A stretch of 64,000 nt of DNA from an uncultured Planctomycetales bacterium (GCA_964489065.1 CAZAXH010000003.1:191104-255103), one strand, 5' to 3'. Positions 1 through 9,595 are shown, counted from the stretch's first letter. Program-made: numbers and translations. Notes: a model not told the origin generated them from the letters alone.

Positions 1-2
1 AG

Positions 3-1340
3 TACGGCGGGCAGACGCCGCTTAACCTCGCGGATAAACTGAACGCGGCCGGGGTTCCGATTGTCGGGACATCCGTGGAATCTATTGACCTCGCTGAGAA
101 CCGCGAGCTGTTTTCTAGGTTTATTTCAAGGCTGAAGATTTCCCAGCCGGCCAACGCGTCCGCCACTTCCGCGGAAGAGGCGGTCCGTTACGCGGCGCAG
201 ATCGGGTATCCTGTCCTGGCACGGCCGTCCTATGTCCTGGGAGGCCGCGCCATGCGCATTGTTTACGACGAAGAGTCGCTGGTGTCTTTTATGGGTGAGG
301 CCCGGGAGGTGTCCGAGGGGAAGCCTGTTCTTATTGATAAATTTGTGGAGGACGCCATTGAGATCGACGTTGACGCTATTTCCGATGGCGCACAGACGTA
401 TGTAGCGGGGATTATGGAACATATCGAGAACGCCGGGATTCATTCAGGAGATTCGGCCTGCGTGCTGCCGCCGCATACGATCAGCGAGGAGCTGATCGCG
501 CAAATTAAGCGGGACACGTGCCGGATCGCGGAGGGGCTTAAAGTTGTGGGTTTACTGAATATCCAGTTTGCGGTGAAAGGGAGTAAAATTTACGTGTTGG
601 AAGTTAATCCCCGCGCGTCCCGGACCGTGCCTTTTGTCAGCAAGGCGACCGGTATCCCTTGTGCGAAAATTGCTGCCCAGATCATGGTGGGCAAGCGGAT
701 TAAGGATTTTAACTTGCCGGCCGATCTGGAGTTGCCGCATTTTTCAGTGAAAGAATCGGTTTTGCCGTTTTCCCGGTTTTCGGGTGTCGACATTGTGCTG
801 GGGCCGGAAATGAAGTCAACCGGGGAAGTGATGGGGATCGCGATGAGCTTCGGGGAGGCGTTTGTCAAATCACAGCTCTGCGCCAATCAGGCGCTTCCGA
901 AAACCGGCATGGTGTTCGTGAGCGTTAAGGATGAGGACAAACGCTCGATCGTATTCCTCGCCAAAAGGTTGAGGGACCTCAAGTACAGGATTGTGGCAAC
1001 ACAGGGGACGGCGAAGGTGCTGAAATCTAACGGTGTGGTGGTGGATGTCGTCGGGAAATATGCCGAAGGCGAAAACACGCTCCTGCAGATGATTAAGAAC
1101 GATCAGATCCATTTGGTTATCAATATTCCCAGCGGACAGGCGAGTCAATCGGATATGCGCAAAATCCGGGCTGCCGCGATTCTTCATAATGTGCCGTGTA
1201 TCACGACGCTGCAGGGGGCCTGGGCTGCGGTGAACGGGATGGAGGATATGCTGGTCCGGCCGTTTTCGGTGAAATCTTTACAGAGCTATTACCGGGACAT
1301 GCGGTTTGCCGGCCCGGTTGAAGCGCATCGGGAAGGATAA
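3..1340 (+). CDS. carB: Carbamoyl-phosphate synthase large subunit, C-terminal half (5' end lies outside the window)
   Basis: The reading frame is open from nt 3. It carries the second ATP-grasp motifs (GYPVLARPSYVLGGRAM, IYVLEVNPRASRTVPFVSKA) and the MGS-like allosteric domain (GMVFVSVKDEDK...). Confidence 0.9.
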   Translation, partial: YGGQTPLNLADKLNAAGVPIVGTSVESIDLAENRELFSRFISRLKISQPANASATSAEEAVRYAAQIGYPVLARPSYVLGGRAMRIVYDEESLVSFMGEAREVSEGKPVLIDKFVEDAIEIDVDAISDGAQTYVAGIMEHIENAGIHSGDSACVLPPHTISEELIAQIKRDTCRIAEGLKVVGLLNIQFAVKGSKIYVLEVNPRASRTVPFVSKATGIPCAKIAAQIMVGKRIKDFNLPADLELPHFSVKESVLPFSRFSGVDIVLGPEMKSTGEVMGIAMSFGEAFVKSQLCANQALPKTGMVFVSVKDEDKRSIVFLAKRLRDLKYRIVATQGTAKVLKSNGVVVDVVGKYAEGENTLLQMIKNDQIHLVINIPSGQASQSDMRKIRAAAILHNVPCITTLQGAWAAVNGMEDMLVRPFSVKSLQSYYRDMRFAGPVEAHREG

Positions 1341-1346
1341 GATTGT

Positions 1347-2720
1347 ATGTGTGGAATTATCGGAATTTCGAATCATGACGATGCCGCCCGGGTGGCTTTC
1401 TGGGGGCTGTATGCCCTGCAGCACCGGGGGGAAGAGTCGGCCGGTATCGTGAGTTTCGACGGCAAGAAACCCCATGTCGTCAAAAATATGGGATTGGTCT
1501 CGGATACTTTTAGCGAGAAGGCCTTGGACACGCTGAAAGGGCAGTGTGCTATCGGACACACGCGGTATTCCACCATGGGGTCGAGCAACATTAAAAATGT
1601 CCAGCCTTTTCTGGCGACCCATAAGAGCCGGCCTATCGCGGTGGCTCATAACGGGAATCTGACCAACACGGAAAAGCTGTTCCGGGAGTTGGAAGAAGAA
1701 GGGGCGATTTTTCAGACGAGCATGGATTCGGAAATCGTGATTCACCTTCTGGCCCGCAGTAAGGGCCCGGATCTGAAGGAACGCTTTTTCCGAGTGCTGT
1801 CTGCGCTGGAAGGCGCATTTTCTTTGATTTTTTTAGCTGGCGACACGGTGGTCGGCGCCCGTGACCCGCAGGGGTTTCGTCCTCTTTGCCTCGGGAAAAT
1901 CAACGGCGGGTATATCCTCGCCAGTGAAAGCTGCGCTTTGGACTTAAGCCGGGCGGAGTTCGTGCGGGAGATTGAACCGGGCGAGATTGTTTTTATCCGG
2001 GGAGAGAATATCGAGTCTTTCCGTTTCGCGCCGCCCGCCCCTAAGAGGGCGCAGTGCATTTTTGAGAACATTTATTTTTCCCGCCCTGACAGCCATATTT
2101 TTGACGACAATGTTTATTTGGTTCGCAAGCGCCTGGGTGCCCGTCTGGCCCAGGAGCACCCGGTAAAAGACGCGGACTTTGTGATGTCTTTTCCCGATTC
2201 GGGGAGTTATGCCGGGATTGGTTACGCTCAGGAACTCGGCCTGCCTTTTGAAATCGGTATTATCCGGAATCATTATATCGGCCGGACGTTTATTCAGCCG
2301 ACACAACTGGCGCGGGACATCGGCGTCCGGGTCAAGCTGAATCCGATCCGGGAATTGCTGAAAGGCAGGAAGGTCGTTGTCGTGGACGACTCGATTGTGC
2401 GCGGCACGACCAGCCGGAACCGTATCGCGGAACTGCGCCGCGCGGGGGTTAAGGAAGTTCACATGCGCATTTCCTGTCCGCCGATCCAGTCTCCCTGCTT
2501 TTACGGCGTTGATTTTCCCAGCAAAAAGGAACTGATCGCCGCCAGCAAATCGGTCGAAGAGATCGCCCGCTATATTGAAGTTGATTCCCTCGGGTATCTG
2601 AGCCTTGAGGGGATGCTGTCGTGCATGAAACATCCCCAGGATTTTTGTTCGGCTTGTTTTACCGGCCAATATCCAGTCAGTATCCCGGAGAATAAAAGCA
2701 AGTATCTGTTGGAAGTGTAG
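1347..2720 (+). CDS. purF: Amidophosphoribosyltransferase (glutamine PRPP amidotransferase)
   Basis: N-terminal MCGIIG places the Ntn-hydrolase catalytic Cys at position 2. A PRTase domain is present (VVVVDDSIVRGTTS) together with C-terminal Fe-S cluster cysteines. Confidence 0.93.
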   Translation: MCGIIGISNHDDAARVAFWGLYALQHRGEESAGIVSFDGKKPHVVKNMGLVSDTFSEKALDTLKGQCAIGHTRYSTMGSSNIKNVQPFLATHKSRPIAVAHNGNLTNTEKLFRELEEEGAIFQTSMDSEIVIHLLARSKGPDLKERFFRVLSALEGAFSLIFLAGDTVVGARDPQGFRPLCLGKINGGYILASESCALDLSRAEFVREIEPGEIVFIRGENIESFRFAPPAPKRAQCIFENIYFSRPDSHIFDDNVYLVRKRLGARLAQEHPVKDADFVMSFPDSGSYAGIGYAQELGLPFEIGIIRNHYIGRTFIQPTQLARDIGVRVKLNPIRELLKGRKVVVVDDSIVRGTTSRNRIAELRRAGVKEVHMRISCPPIQSPCFYGVDFPSKKELIAASKSVEEIARYIEVDSLGYLSLEGMLSCMKHPQDFCSACFTGQYPVSIPENKSKYLLEV

Positions 2721-2814
2721 GTCTGCGGCGGCGCGGTTGTCAGCCGGCGCCCCGACCAGAGCATGAACAGGTGGGCTGTTAATATTTTTTGACAATCAGA
2801 ACCGGGGTAACGCT

Positions 2815-4422
2815 ATGAGTAAATTTATTTTTGTGACCGGGGGTGTTGTTTCCAGCTTGGGAAAAGGCATTGCCGCAGCGACCATCGGGAAACTGCTTGA
2901 AGCCCGTGGTTTGACCACGAGTCTTATCAAATGCGATCCGTATCTTAATGTGGATCCGGGCACGATGAGCCCCTTTCAGCACGGGGAGGTGTATGTGACG
3001 GAGGACGGGGCCGAGGCAGACCTGGACCTGGGGCATTATGAGCGGTTCACCAATGCCAATATCACCCGGGACAGCAGCATCACGACCGGGAAGATTTATT
3101 ATTCGGTCATTACGAAAGAACGCCGGGGGGATTATCTTGGCAAGACCGTGCAGATTATTCCTCATATCACGGATGAAATCAAGCATTCCATCCGTCTTGT
3201 GCCTCACAATAAACCGGTCGATATTACGATCGTGGAAATCGGCGGCACCGTGGGGGACATTGAAAGCCTCCCGTTCCTGGAGGCGATCCGCCAGATGCGC
3301 TGGGAACTGGGGGAGAGTTACGCGCTCAATATTCATGTGACCCTTTTGCCGTATATCAAAGCCGCGGGGGAGCAGAAGACGAAGCCGACCCAGCACAGCG
3401 TGGGGCGCTTGAGAGAAATCGGCATTCAGCCCGACATCCTTTTGTGCCGGACGGAAAAACATATCAATAAAGAGCAGAAGGATAAAATCGCCTTGTTCTG
3501 TAATATAGACAAGGAAAGCGTTATCGAAGCCGGCGACGTGAAGCATATCTATGAGGTGCCGCTGTCTTTTAAACGGCAGGGCCTGGATGACCTGATCCTC
3601 AAAAAGCTTAACATCAAGGCGGCGGACAATGACCTGAAAGATTGGAACATGAACGTTGTGCGGCGGCTGAAGAACCCGTCCCGCGAAGTTAAGATTTCCG
3701 TCGTCGGAAAATATATCGCGCTGCCGGACGCCTACAAATCGATTTATGAGGCCCTGGTGCATGGCGGCATCGCCAACGACGCGAGGGTGATCATTAATAA
3801 GGTGGATTCTGAAGAACTGGAGAAAGAAAAGGACCTGCGGAAACATCTTGGTGATTCGCAGGGGATATTGATTCCCGGAGGGTTTGGCAACCGCGGTATT
3901 GAAGGAAAAATCCGCACGGTGCAGTTTGTCCGGGAAAATAACATACCCTTTTTCGGGATTTGCCTGGGGATGCATGTCGCCACAATAGAGTTTGCCCGTA
4001 ACGTCTGCGGCTTGCGTGACGCCAATTCCACCGAGTTTGACACCGCGACTTCCAACCCTGTCATCAGCCTGTTGGAAGAGCAGAAGACGGTCTCCGGGCT
4101 GGGGGCCAGCATGCGGCTGGGGGCGTATACATGCAAGCTGCTGAAAAGTTCGGTATCTTATAGCGCGTATAAAAAAGAGAATATCAGTGAGCGCCACCGC
4201 CACCGCTATGAGTTTAATAATAAGTATAAAAAGATGATGGAGCAAAAAGGGTTGGTGTTCGCGGGCCGTAACCTTCAGAAGGACCTGGTGGAAGTTCTGG
4301 AGATCAAAAAGCACCCTTGGTTTGTGGCCTGTCAGTTTCACCCGGAGTTTAAGTCCAAGCCGGACCGGTGTCATCCTCTTTTTCGGGATTTTATTAAATC
4401 AGCTTTGATGATGAAGACTTAA
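2815..4422 (+). CDS. pyrG: CTP synthase
   Basis: [19 protein letters not shown] synthetase N-terminus, followed by a C-terminal class-I glutamine amidotransferase domain (GICLGMH...HPEF). Confidence 0.95.
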   Translation: MSKFIFVTGGVVSSLGKGIAAATIGKLLEARGLTTSLIKCDPYLNVDPGTMSPFQHGEVYVTEDGAEADLDLGHYERFTNANITRDSSITTGKIYYSVITKERRGDYLGKTVQIIPHITDEIKHSIRLVPHNKPVDITIVEIGGTVGDIESLPFLEAIRQMRWELGESYALNIHVTLLPYIKAAGEQKTKPTQHSVGRLREIGIQPDILLCRTEKHINKEQKDKIALFCNIDKESVIEAGDVKHIYEVPLSFKRQGLDDLILKKLNIKAADNDLKDWNMNVVRRLKNPSREVKISVVGKYIALPDAYKSIYEALVHGGIANDARVIINKVDSEELEKEKDLRKHLGDSQGILIPGGFGNRGIEGKIRTVQFVRENNIPFFGICLGMHVATIEFARNVCGLRDANSTEFDTATSNPVISLLEEQKTVSGLGASMRLGAYTCKLLKSSVSYSAYKKENISERHRHRYEFNNKYKKMMEQKGLVFAGRNLQKDLVEVLEIKKHPWFVACQFHPEFKSKPDRCHPLFRDFIKSALMMKT

Positions 4423-4519
4423 GCGGAGAGACTTGGGGCCCCCCCTGGGTGTTCGGGCGTGGCATTGCAGAAAAAATTTTTCACATTTTTGAAAAATAAG
4501 GTACAATACTAATCATTTT

Positions 4520-4602
<83 letters not shown>

Positions 4603-4607
4603 TATTT

Positions 4608-4761
4608 TATTCAATGAGCATTGAATTTACACGACCCAGGGGAGTGTAAATTCAAAATGCGAATTGATCCTTCAACGAGAGAGCCCAAGCGAACGAGTCG
4701 AAGGATAGTGGTTGAATACCCTGCTTGCTGTGGTTAATTGAGTGCAGAACTTGCTCTGGGG
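4608..4761 (+). ncRNA. Structured intergenic repeat element, full copy 1 (module A = two hairpins, module B = second hairpin pair). Candidate novel ncRNA or MITE
   Basis: tttattcaatgagcatt, then hairpin gaatttacac-gacccagggga-gtgtaaattc, then aaaatgcgaatt, then hairpin gatccttc...gaaggat, then module B ggttgaataccctgcttgctgtggttaattgagtgcagaacttgctctgggg. The same architecture recurs at 52126 and, on the minus strand, at 12782. Confidence 0.6.
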
Positions 4762-4786
4762 GTTATACCTTTGATTTCCGATACGC

Positions 4787-5569
4787 TTGCCTTTCGGCTT
4801 TCCCGGCCGTTTCGGGAAGGCCATCCGGAAAACTTTATTAGAAAGGCCGTTGCCATTGAGCCCATTTATTCAGGTCAGCGCCAGTATTTTATGCGCGGAT
4901 TTTTCATGTCTTAAAGAGGATGTCCGCCGTTGTGAAGAAGCCGGGGTGGACATGCTGCACGTGGATGTGATGGATGGGCATTTCGTGCCCAATATCACGA
5001 CGGGGCCTTTGCTCGTGGACGCCATCCGCCCCCTCACCCAGCTTCCTCTGGAGGCTCACCTGATGATTGAGCATCCCGGTGATTATATTGACGCGTTTTG
5101 CCGCGCCGGAATAGATATCGTGTCTCTTCATGCGGAATGTTATGGGCCGTTAAGAGAGTCCTGCCGGAATTACGGGCAGTATCCCAAGGAAGTGGATTCC
5201 ATAGACCCGGCCCGGGTGCTGGCGGATATCCGCAGGATCAAAGCGCACGGCAAAAAGGTCCACATGGTGGTCAATCCGGGCACGCCCTTATGCCTGGACG
5301 CTTTACTCAATGACCTTGACGGAGTTCTGATTATGTCGGTCAATCCCGGATTCTCCAAACAAAAGTTCATGCCCGAGGTTTTGTCGAAAGTTGCGGATTT
5401 GAGAGCCCGGTTTCAAGGGGACATCGCCATAGACGGCGGTATTAATGATAAAACCGCGCCGGCTGCCGTTAAGGCCGGGGTGAATATTCTGGCGACCGCC
5501 AGTTATTTCTTTGGGGCTTCTGACCAGAAGGCTGCGGTGCGGTTGCTCAAAAGCCTTCCTTCGGCTTAA
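4787..5569 (+). CDS. rpe: Ribulose-phosphate 3-epimerase (the true start is probably the TTG at 4856)
   Basis: ILCADFS...VDVMDGHFVPNIT...HLMIEHP...SVNPGFSKQKF...DGGIN are canonical Rpe motifs. The N-terminal extension from the ATG at 4787 has no homology. Confidence 0.85.
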   Translation: MPFGFPGRFGKAIRKTLLERPLPLSPFIQVSASILCADFSCLKEDVRRCEEAGVDMLHVDVMDGHFVPNITTGPLLVDAIRPLTQLPLEAHLMIEHPGDYIDAFCRAGIDIVSLHAECYGPLRESCRNYGQYPKEVDSIDPARVLADIRRIKAHGKKVHMVVNPGTPLCLDALLNDLDGVLIMSVNPGFSKQKFMPEVLSKVADLRARFQGDIAIDGGINDKTAPAAVKAGVNILATASYFFGASDQKAAVRLLKSLPSA

Positions 5570-5649
5570 AATATCTTTAATTCTCCGAATTGAAAAAAAC
5601 AGGGGGTTGTGCTATAGTTCTTGTAGGTAAAGAAAGGATTTCTGCCGCG

Positions 5650-5880
5650 ATGTTTTTTCCCCTTCGAAAAGACAGATCCGTTTTCCCAAGGCGAAAAAGA
5701 GCCCAGACCGCTATTGAATATCTGCTTGTTTTGGGCGTCGTGACAGCCGTCGTCCTTGTGTCATTCCGCCTTTATGTCCCTTTGGCGCGGGATGACGCCA
5801 ACCGCTATTACCAGTCTCTTTTACGAGGGGTCTACGGTAATCAGCCTCCCTGGGACCCGTCGTTTAATTCCTATCCATGA
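5650..5880 (+). CDS. Flp/Fap-type pilin-like small protein (orphan)
   Basis: Basic leader followed by AQTAIEYLLVLGVVTAVVLV, matching the Flp-family TAIEYGLI(A) core and its hydrophobic stretch. The canonical Gly at the cleavage site is replaced by Gln. No tad genes occur in the window. Confidence 0.45.
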   Translation: MFFPLRKDRSVFPRRKRAQTAIEYLLVLGVVTAVVLVSFRLYVPLARDDANRYYQSLLRGVYGNQPPWDPSFNSYP

Positions 5881-5896
5881 TGATCCTGTAATCGTT

Positions 5897-6847
5897 TTAA
5901 TCGTTGTCTTCCGGCCGGTTTTTTTTCCTTTTATCCCGCACGTAATTGCTGCATTGAAAGCTTTTAGCGTATTTTTTTAACTCCGCCCCGATTTCGCTGA
6001 TTTGCGCCACGTGGGAGATGTCGGCGGTTTTATTGCTGACAATTCCAATAGAAATAGAAAGAAGCCCGGTTTTGATTTCATTCCCCAGCCGGTCTTTCCC
6101 GATAATATACCCGGTGTTTTTGTCCTCGTCGTTGTAGAAACTGGGCGCGATCGCGTCAAACTGTTCAATCACCGTCTGGCAGACGCCGTCCATGATGCTG
6201 TCGTCGGTAATAAAAACGAAATCATCCCCGCCGATATGCCCGATAAAACTGTCCTGGCCGGCTTTGGCCCGGACCGTGGTGACTAGGAGCCGGGCAATTT
6301 CTTTAATCACCTCATCGCCCTTTTTAAAGCCGTATTTGTCGTTATATACTTTGAACTTGTCGATGTCCGCGTATGCCACGGCGAATTCTTTGCCGCTGGA
6401 GATGTTGGCCTGAAATTCTTCCATGATGGAGGTGTTGCCCGGCAGGTGCGTGAGAGGATTGGCGTCCAGGCTGCGGACCGTGCGGCGCAAAATCATCCGG
6501 ATTCTGGCCAGAAGCGAGTCCGGGTCAAATGGCTTGACGATATAGTCGTCCGCTCCGGCGTCGATGCCGCCGATCATGTCTTTGACTTCGCCTTTTCCTG
6601 TCAGCATGATCACCGGGATATGCTGCAGCAGGATGTCTTTTTTGAGGACACGGACGAATTCCCTGCCGTTCATGACCGGCATCATGTAATCACAGATAAT
6701 CAGGTTGGGGATTTTGGTTTGTATGATCTCCAGGGCTTCTTTGCCGTTGTGGGCCTGGATCACGTCATAGGATTCAGACAGCGTCAGGTCAAGAACGTCC
6801 AGAATGTCCGGGTCGTCATCGACCGTAAGTATTTTCTCCTTGTGCAT
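5897..6847 (-). CDS. Response regulator with REC receiver plus GGDEF diguanylate-cyclase domain (PleD-like). The signature is a GGDDF variant
   Basis: MHKEKILTVDDDPDILD...DYIVKPFDP receiver, followed by NPLTHLPGN...ADIDKFKVYNDKYG...GHIGGDDFVFI GGDEF domain. Confidence 0.85.
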   Translation of the reverse strand: MHKEKILTVDDDPDILDVLDLTLSESYDVIQAHNGKEALEIIQTKIPNLIICDYMMPVMNGREFVRVLKKDILLQHIPVIMLTGKGEVKDMIGGIDAGADDYIVKPFDPDSLLARIRMILRRTVRSLDANPLTHLPGNTSIMEEFQANISSGKEFAVAYADIDKFKVYNDKYGFKKGDEVIKEIARLLVTTVRAKAGQDSFIGHIGGDDFVFITDDSIMDGVCQTVIEQFDAIAPSFYNDEDKNTGYIIGKDRLGNEIKTGLLSISIGIVSNKTADISHVAQISEIGAELKKYAKSFQCSNYVRDKRKKNRPEDND

Positions 6848-6875
6848 AGCGTCTCCTTTTCTTCAACAAAACTCA

Positions 6876-8369
6876 TCATTGCGCAACCGTTGTGTTGGAG
6901 GTCTTGGGCTCTGTCGGTAACGTGAAGTAAAAGCATGTCCCCACGCTGACTTTGCTGGTCACCCATATTTGGCCTCCGTGGGCTTCCACAATTTTTTTTA
7001 CCAGGGCCAGCCCGAGACCGGTGCCTTTCACGTTTTGGTTAATCTCGTTGTCGACACGGTAAAATTCGGTAAATAATTTTTTTACGTCCTCTTCTTTGAT
7101 CCCGATGCCGGTGTCGGCTATGCCGACAGTGACTTTCTGTTTATCATGGGTGACTTTGGCGGTGATTGTGCCGCTGATCGGGGTGAATTTTATGGCGTTA
7201 TTGATAAGATTGATAAAGACTCTTTCAATCTGCCCGGAATCCATGAAAACGTTCGGCAGGGGTTCATCAAAGTTTGTGACAAATTGGATGTTTTTATCCC
7301 GCATTTGGGGGATGAGGAGGTCGTGTACGTTGGCGATGATCGACGGGATGTCATGCTCCAGGAACTTCATTTCCACCCGGCCGGATTCAATACGCGAAAT
7401 ATCGAGCAGGTTGTTGATAAGGGCCACCAGGTTATCGGTGTGCTTGTTGATTTTTTCGAGCCGTTCCCGCACTTTTTCCGGCACCGTACCGACTTTCCCG
7501 GTCATGAGGATAGAAGCGTATCCTTTGATGGACGTCAGCGGGGTCCTGAGTTCATGCGAAACTGCGGAGATAAATTCGGATTTGGTTTTACTGATTCTTT
7601 GGACTTCCTCCAGCGCGGATGTCAGCTCTTTGGTGCGGTCCTGCACTTTTCGTTCCAGTTCCTGGGTGGAGCGGTAAACCTGCTCAAAGAGCCGGGCATT
7701 GGCCAGCGAATGCCCGATTTGGTCTGCGAGAATGGAGATGACTTCTTCGTCCCCTTCGGTCATGGTGTAGCTTTCCGACTGGTTGCCGGCCAGGATGATC
7801 CCCAGGATGTTTTTTTGAGACAGGATGGGGGTGATGATAAACTGGCGCACGGATAAAATCCCGGTGAAAACCTCTTTGATGTCTTTCGGCGCGCTGAGGG
7901 ACGATATGACCTTGCCTTGTTTCACCGGCTGCAGAATATGCGGCTTGCTGTTGAATGTTTGCACCAGCGGGGCCACCTCATTGCGCGGAAACCCGAAGTC
8001 GACCCTCACCGTAAAAGGGCTGCTGTTTTGGAACGTCAGAATTAGGAATTTTTCAAAGCCAAGCTCAACGAGAAACGGCTGGTTCAGGCGGTGAAAGATT
8101 TCATCTTCAATAAGGGTGGTGCTGATGAGCCGGGAAATTTTATGGAGGGCGTCGAGCCCGTTTAAACGTTTGTCCAGGGCTTCCTGGGTTTTATTCAGTT
8201 CAAGGTCGGTCTGCAGAATAAGTTTGGCCTGTGTGTCCAGTTCCTGGAAGGAGTTGGACACCTGTAAAAGGGAGGCCTTCAGGTTTTTAACGGTTCGGAC
8301 GTAGCGGATGAAAAAAATCGCCAGAATTCCAAAAATAACTAAAAGAAACAAACCGCAAAAATTATGCAT
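6876..8369 (-). CDS. Sensor histidine kinase (N-terminal TM, GAF-like sensor, HisKA, HATPase_c)
   Basis: HELRTPLTSIKGY H-box and N/G1/G2 boxes (INLINNAIKFT, DTGIGI, GTGLGLALVKKI). The start is set at the internal Met MHNFCGLFLLVIF, which begins a TM segment. The upstream 73 codons of the ORF are Arg-rich junk. Confidence 0.85.
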   Translation of the reverse strand: MHNFCGLFLLVIFGILAIFFIRYVRTVKNLKASLLQVSNSFQELDTQAKLILQTDLELNKTQEALDKRLNGLDALHKISRLISTTLIEDEIFHRLNQPFLVELGFEKFLILTFQNSSPFTVRVDFGFPRNEVAPLVQTFNSKPHILQPVKQGKVISSLSAPKDIKEVFTGILSVRQFIITPILSQKNILGIILAGNQSESYTMTEGDEEVISILADQIGHSLANARLFEQVYRSTQELERKVQDRTKELTSALEEVQRISKTKSEFISAVSHELRTPLTSIKGYASILMTGKVGTVPEKVRERLEKINKHTDNLVALINNLLDISRIESGRVEMKFLEHDIPSIIANVHDLLIPQMRDKNIQFVTNFDEPLPNVFMDSGQIERVFINLINNAIKFTPISGTITAKVTHDKQKVTVGIADTGIGIKEEDVKKLFTEFYRVDNEINQNVKGTGLGLALVKKIVEAHGGQIWVTSKVSVGTCFYFTLPTEPKTSNTTVAQ

Positions 8370-8407
8370 TGCATTTCTTCTCCTACCCGTTTCCCCTCGG
8401 GCGTCTT

Positions 8408-9595
8408 TTACAGAACACCGACGATGATAATATTGCCGTTCTGGACGATCCAGGGGGCATTGGACGGGTCTTGGCTGAAACGGAAAAATTGATTGAGGCA
8501 GAACATCCCCACGATGGGAACGCCGTCCCCGAAAATGTTCCGGATCGCGCTTAATTCTTCCGTGGCGCTGCGGCCTAGTAGTTTGCATCGGGCGATGGAT
8601 TCAAAGATCAGGACAAAGCTGGGCTTCTTTAATGTTAATTGCGCGCGGACATCCCGGGCCGCTTCCGTTGCGGCCTCTAAATACGAAGACTGATTCCCGA
8701 TCATGATGTTGACCTCTGCGCCTTTGGGAACTTTATCTTGACAGATTAACGCGCCTCCGTCAAGGACGCCTAGAACATTTCTTAAAATATATTGATTGCT
8801 TCCCGGTAGTTTTACGCCTAAGGGGTAGCGGAAACTTAAAGGGCTGGTTGGCCCTTTTTTTAAAGTTTCCGCTTCCTTGCCGAAATACTTTTCATAGAGG
8901 GTGCCGGCTTTGCGTCCGTTAATGGACAAGATAAGCGGGCCGTCCACTTTATCCACGGTGCGGGGTTTCCCGATCGGTTTGAATCCATGTTGCATGGATA
9001 CCCCGATTTGCATGCGTCCCCCGAGAACAAGGGAGGCCGCTCCGTCCGACAGGGCGGTGTCTTTATAGTATTGAAATGTTTTTTGAAAACGGAAATCGTC
9101 GCTGCTGCCGACCAGGATTAAAGGGATATTGTACCGGAGCTCCTCCTTCATCCCGTTGATCAGGTCGGACAACCCGTCCAGCAGGCCGTCGGCGATGCAG
9201 AGAAAAAGCTGCCGCTGTTTTTGCCCGAATTCGGACAGGGTGGACTTAACAAGTTTCCGCCCGGCCTCGGTTTTGTCCTGCAGTTTCAGGTAAGGCATGC
9301 ATCCGGATTCAAAGCGGATCTGGTCCGAAATCATGGCCATCACGGCGACGCCGCGGGTGGCGATCTGGTTCGGCAGAATAATGGACGGGGTTGACGCGCC
9401 GATGATCCGCGTGCGGTTCATGATGTCGAAAATGACAGGGATCACCTCCTGCGGGGCGTAGTGGGTGGTGCTGAACACGATGGCCAGGTCGACCCGGTCC
9501 GATTGTAAATATTTTTTGGCCTGCTCCGCCGCTTCCTGTGCGGCCAGTCGGGTATTGTAGTTTTGGCTGAAGCCGAGGCCCACGCGGGTAGCCAC
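8408..9595 (-). CDS. FIST-domain sensory protein (FIST_N plus FIST_C), first gene of the signalling operon
   Basis: Domain-level resemblance to FIST proteins, and co-orientation with the downstream kinase and response regulator with gaps of only 38 and 28 bp. The family assignment is by pattern only. Confidence 0.5.
   Translation of the reverse strand: MATRVGLGFSQNYNTRLAAQEAAEQAKKYLQSDRVDLAIVFSTTHYAPQEVIPVIFDIMNRTRIIGASTPSIILPNQIATRGVAVMAMISDQIRFESGCMPYLKLQDKTEAGRKLVKSTLSEFGQKQRQLFLCIADGLLDGLSDLINGMKEELRYNIPLILVGSSDDFRFQKTFQYYKDTALSDGAASLVLGGRMQIGVSMQHGFKPIGKPRTVDKVDGPLILSINGRKAGTLYEKYFGKEAETLKKGPTSPLSFRYPLGVKLPGSNQYILRNVLGVLDGGALICQDKVPKGAEVNIMIGNQSSYLEAATEAARDVRAQLTLKKPSFVLIFESIARCKLLGRSATEELSAIRNIFGDGVPIVGMFCLNQFFRFSQDPSNAPWIVQNGNIIIVGVL

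Noticed and set aside
2779-4374. 531-aa ORF on the minus strand spanning pyrG
   Set aside because: It is fully antisense to the well-supported CTP synthase gene and its Arg/Leu/Pro-rich composition is typical of GC-frame shadow ORFs. The same reasoning rejects 1944-2795(-), 7146-7856(+) and 7096-7677(+) opposite the kinase, 45803-46969(-) opposite wbpM, 59106-60221(-) opposite GH5, 51477-52130(-) opposite lepB, 21983-22608(-) opposite wzc and 15003-15597 opposite the HEAT gene.
4608-4761. Repeat element copies as fragments of a known structured RNA (RNase P, SRP, tmRNA, 6S) or as a CRISPR array
   Set aside because: None of the known structured RNAs' invariant boxes is present, such as the RNase P GNRA/P4 region or the SRP domain IV GGAA. 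The copies are dispersed and in both orientations, there are no regularly spaced direct repeats, and cas genes are absent. No CRISPR array exists in the window.
5590-5649. 20-codon N-terminal extension of the Flp-like ORF (MKKTGGCAIVLVGKERISAA)
   Set aside because: The internal Met at 5650 directly precedes the basic leader and the TAIEY core, giving a length typical for Flp prepilins. The extension is probably upstream read-through.
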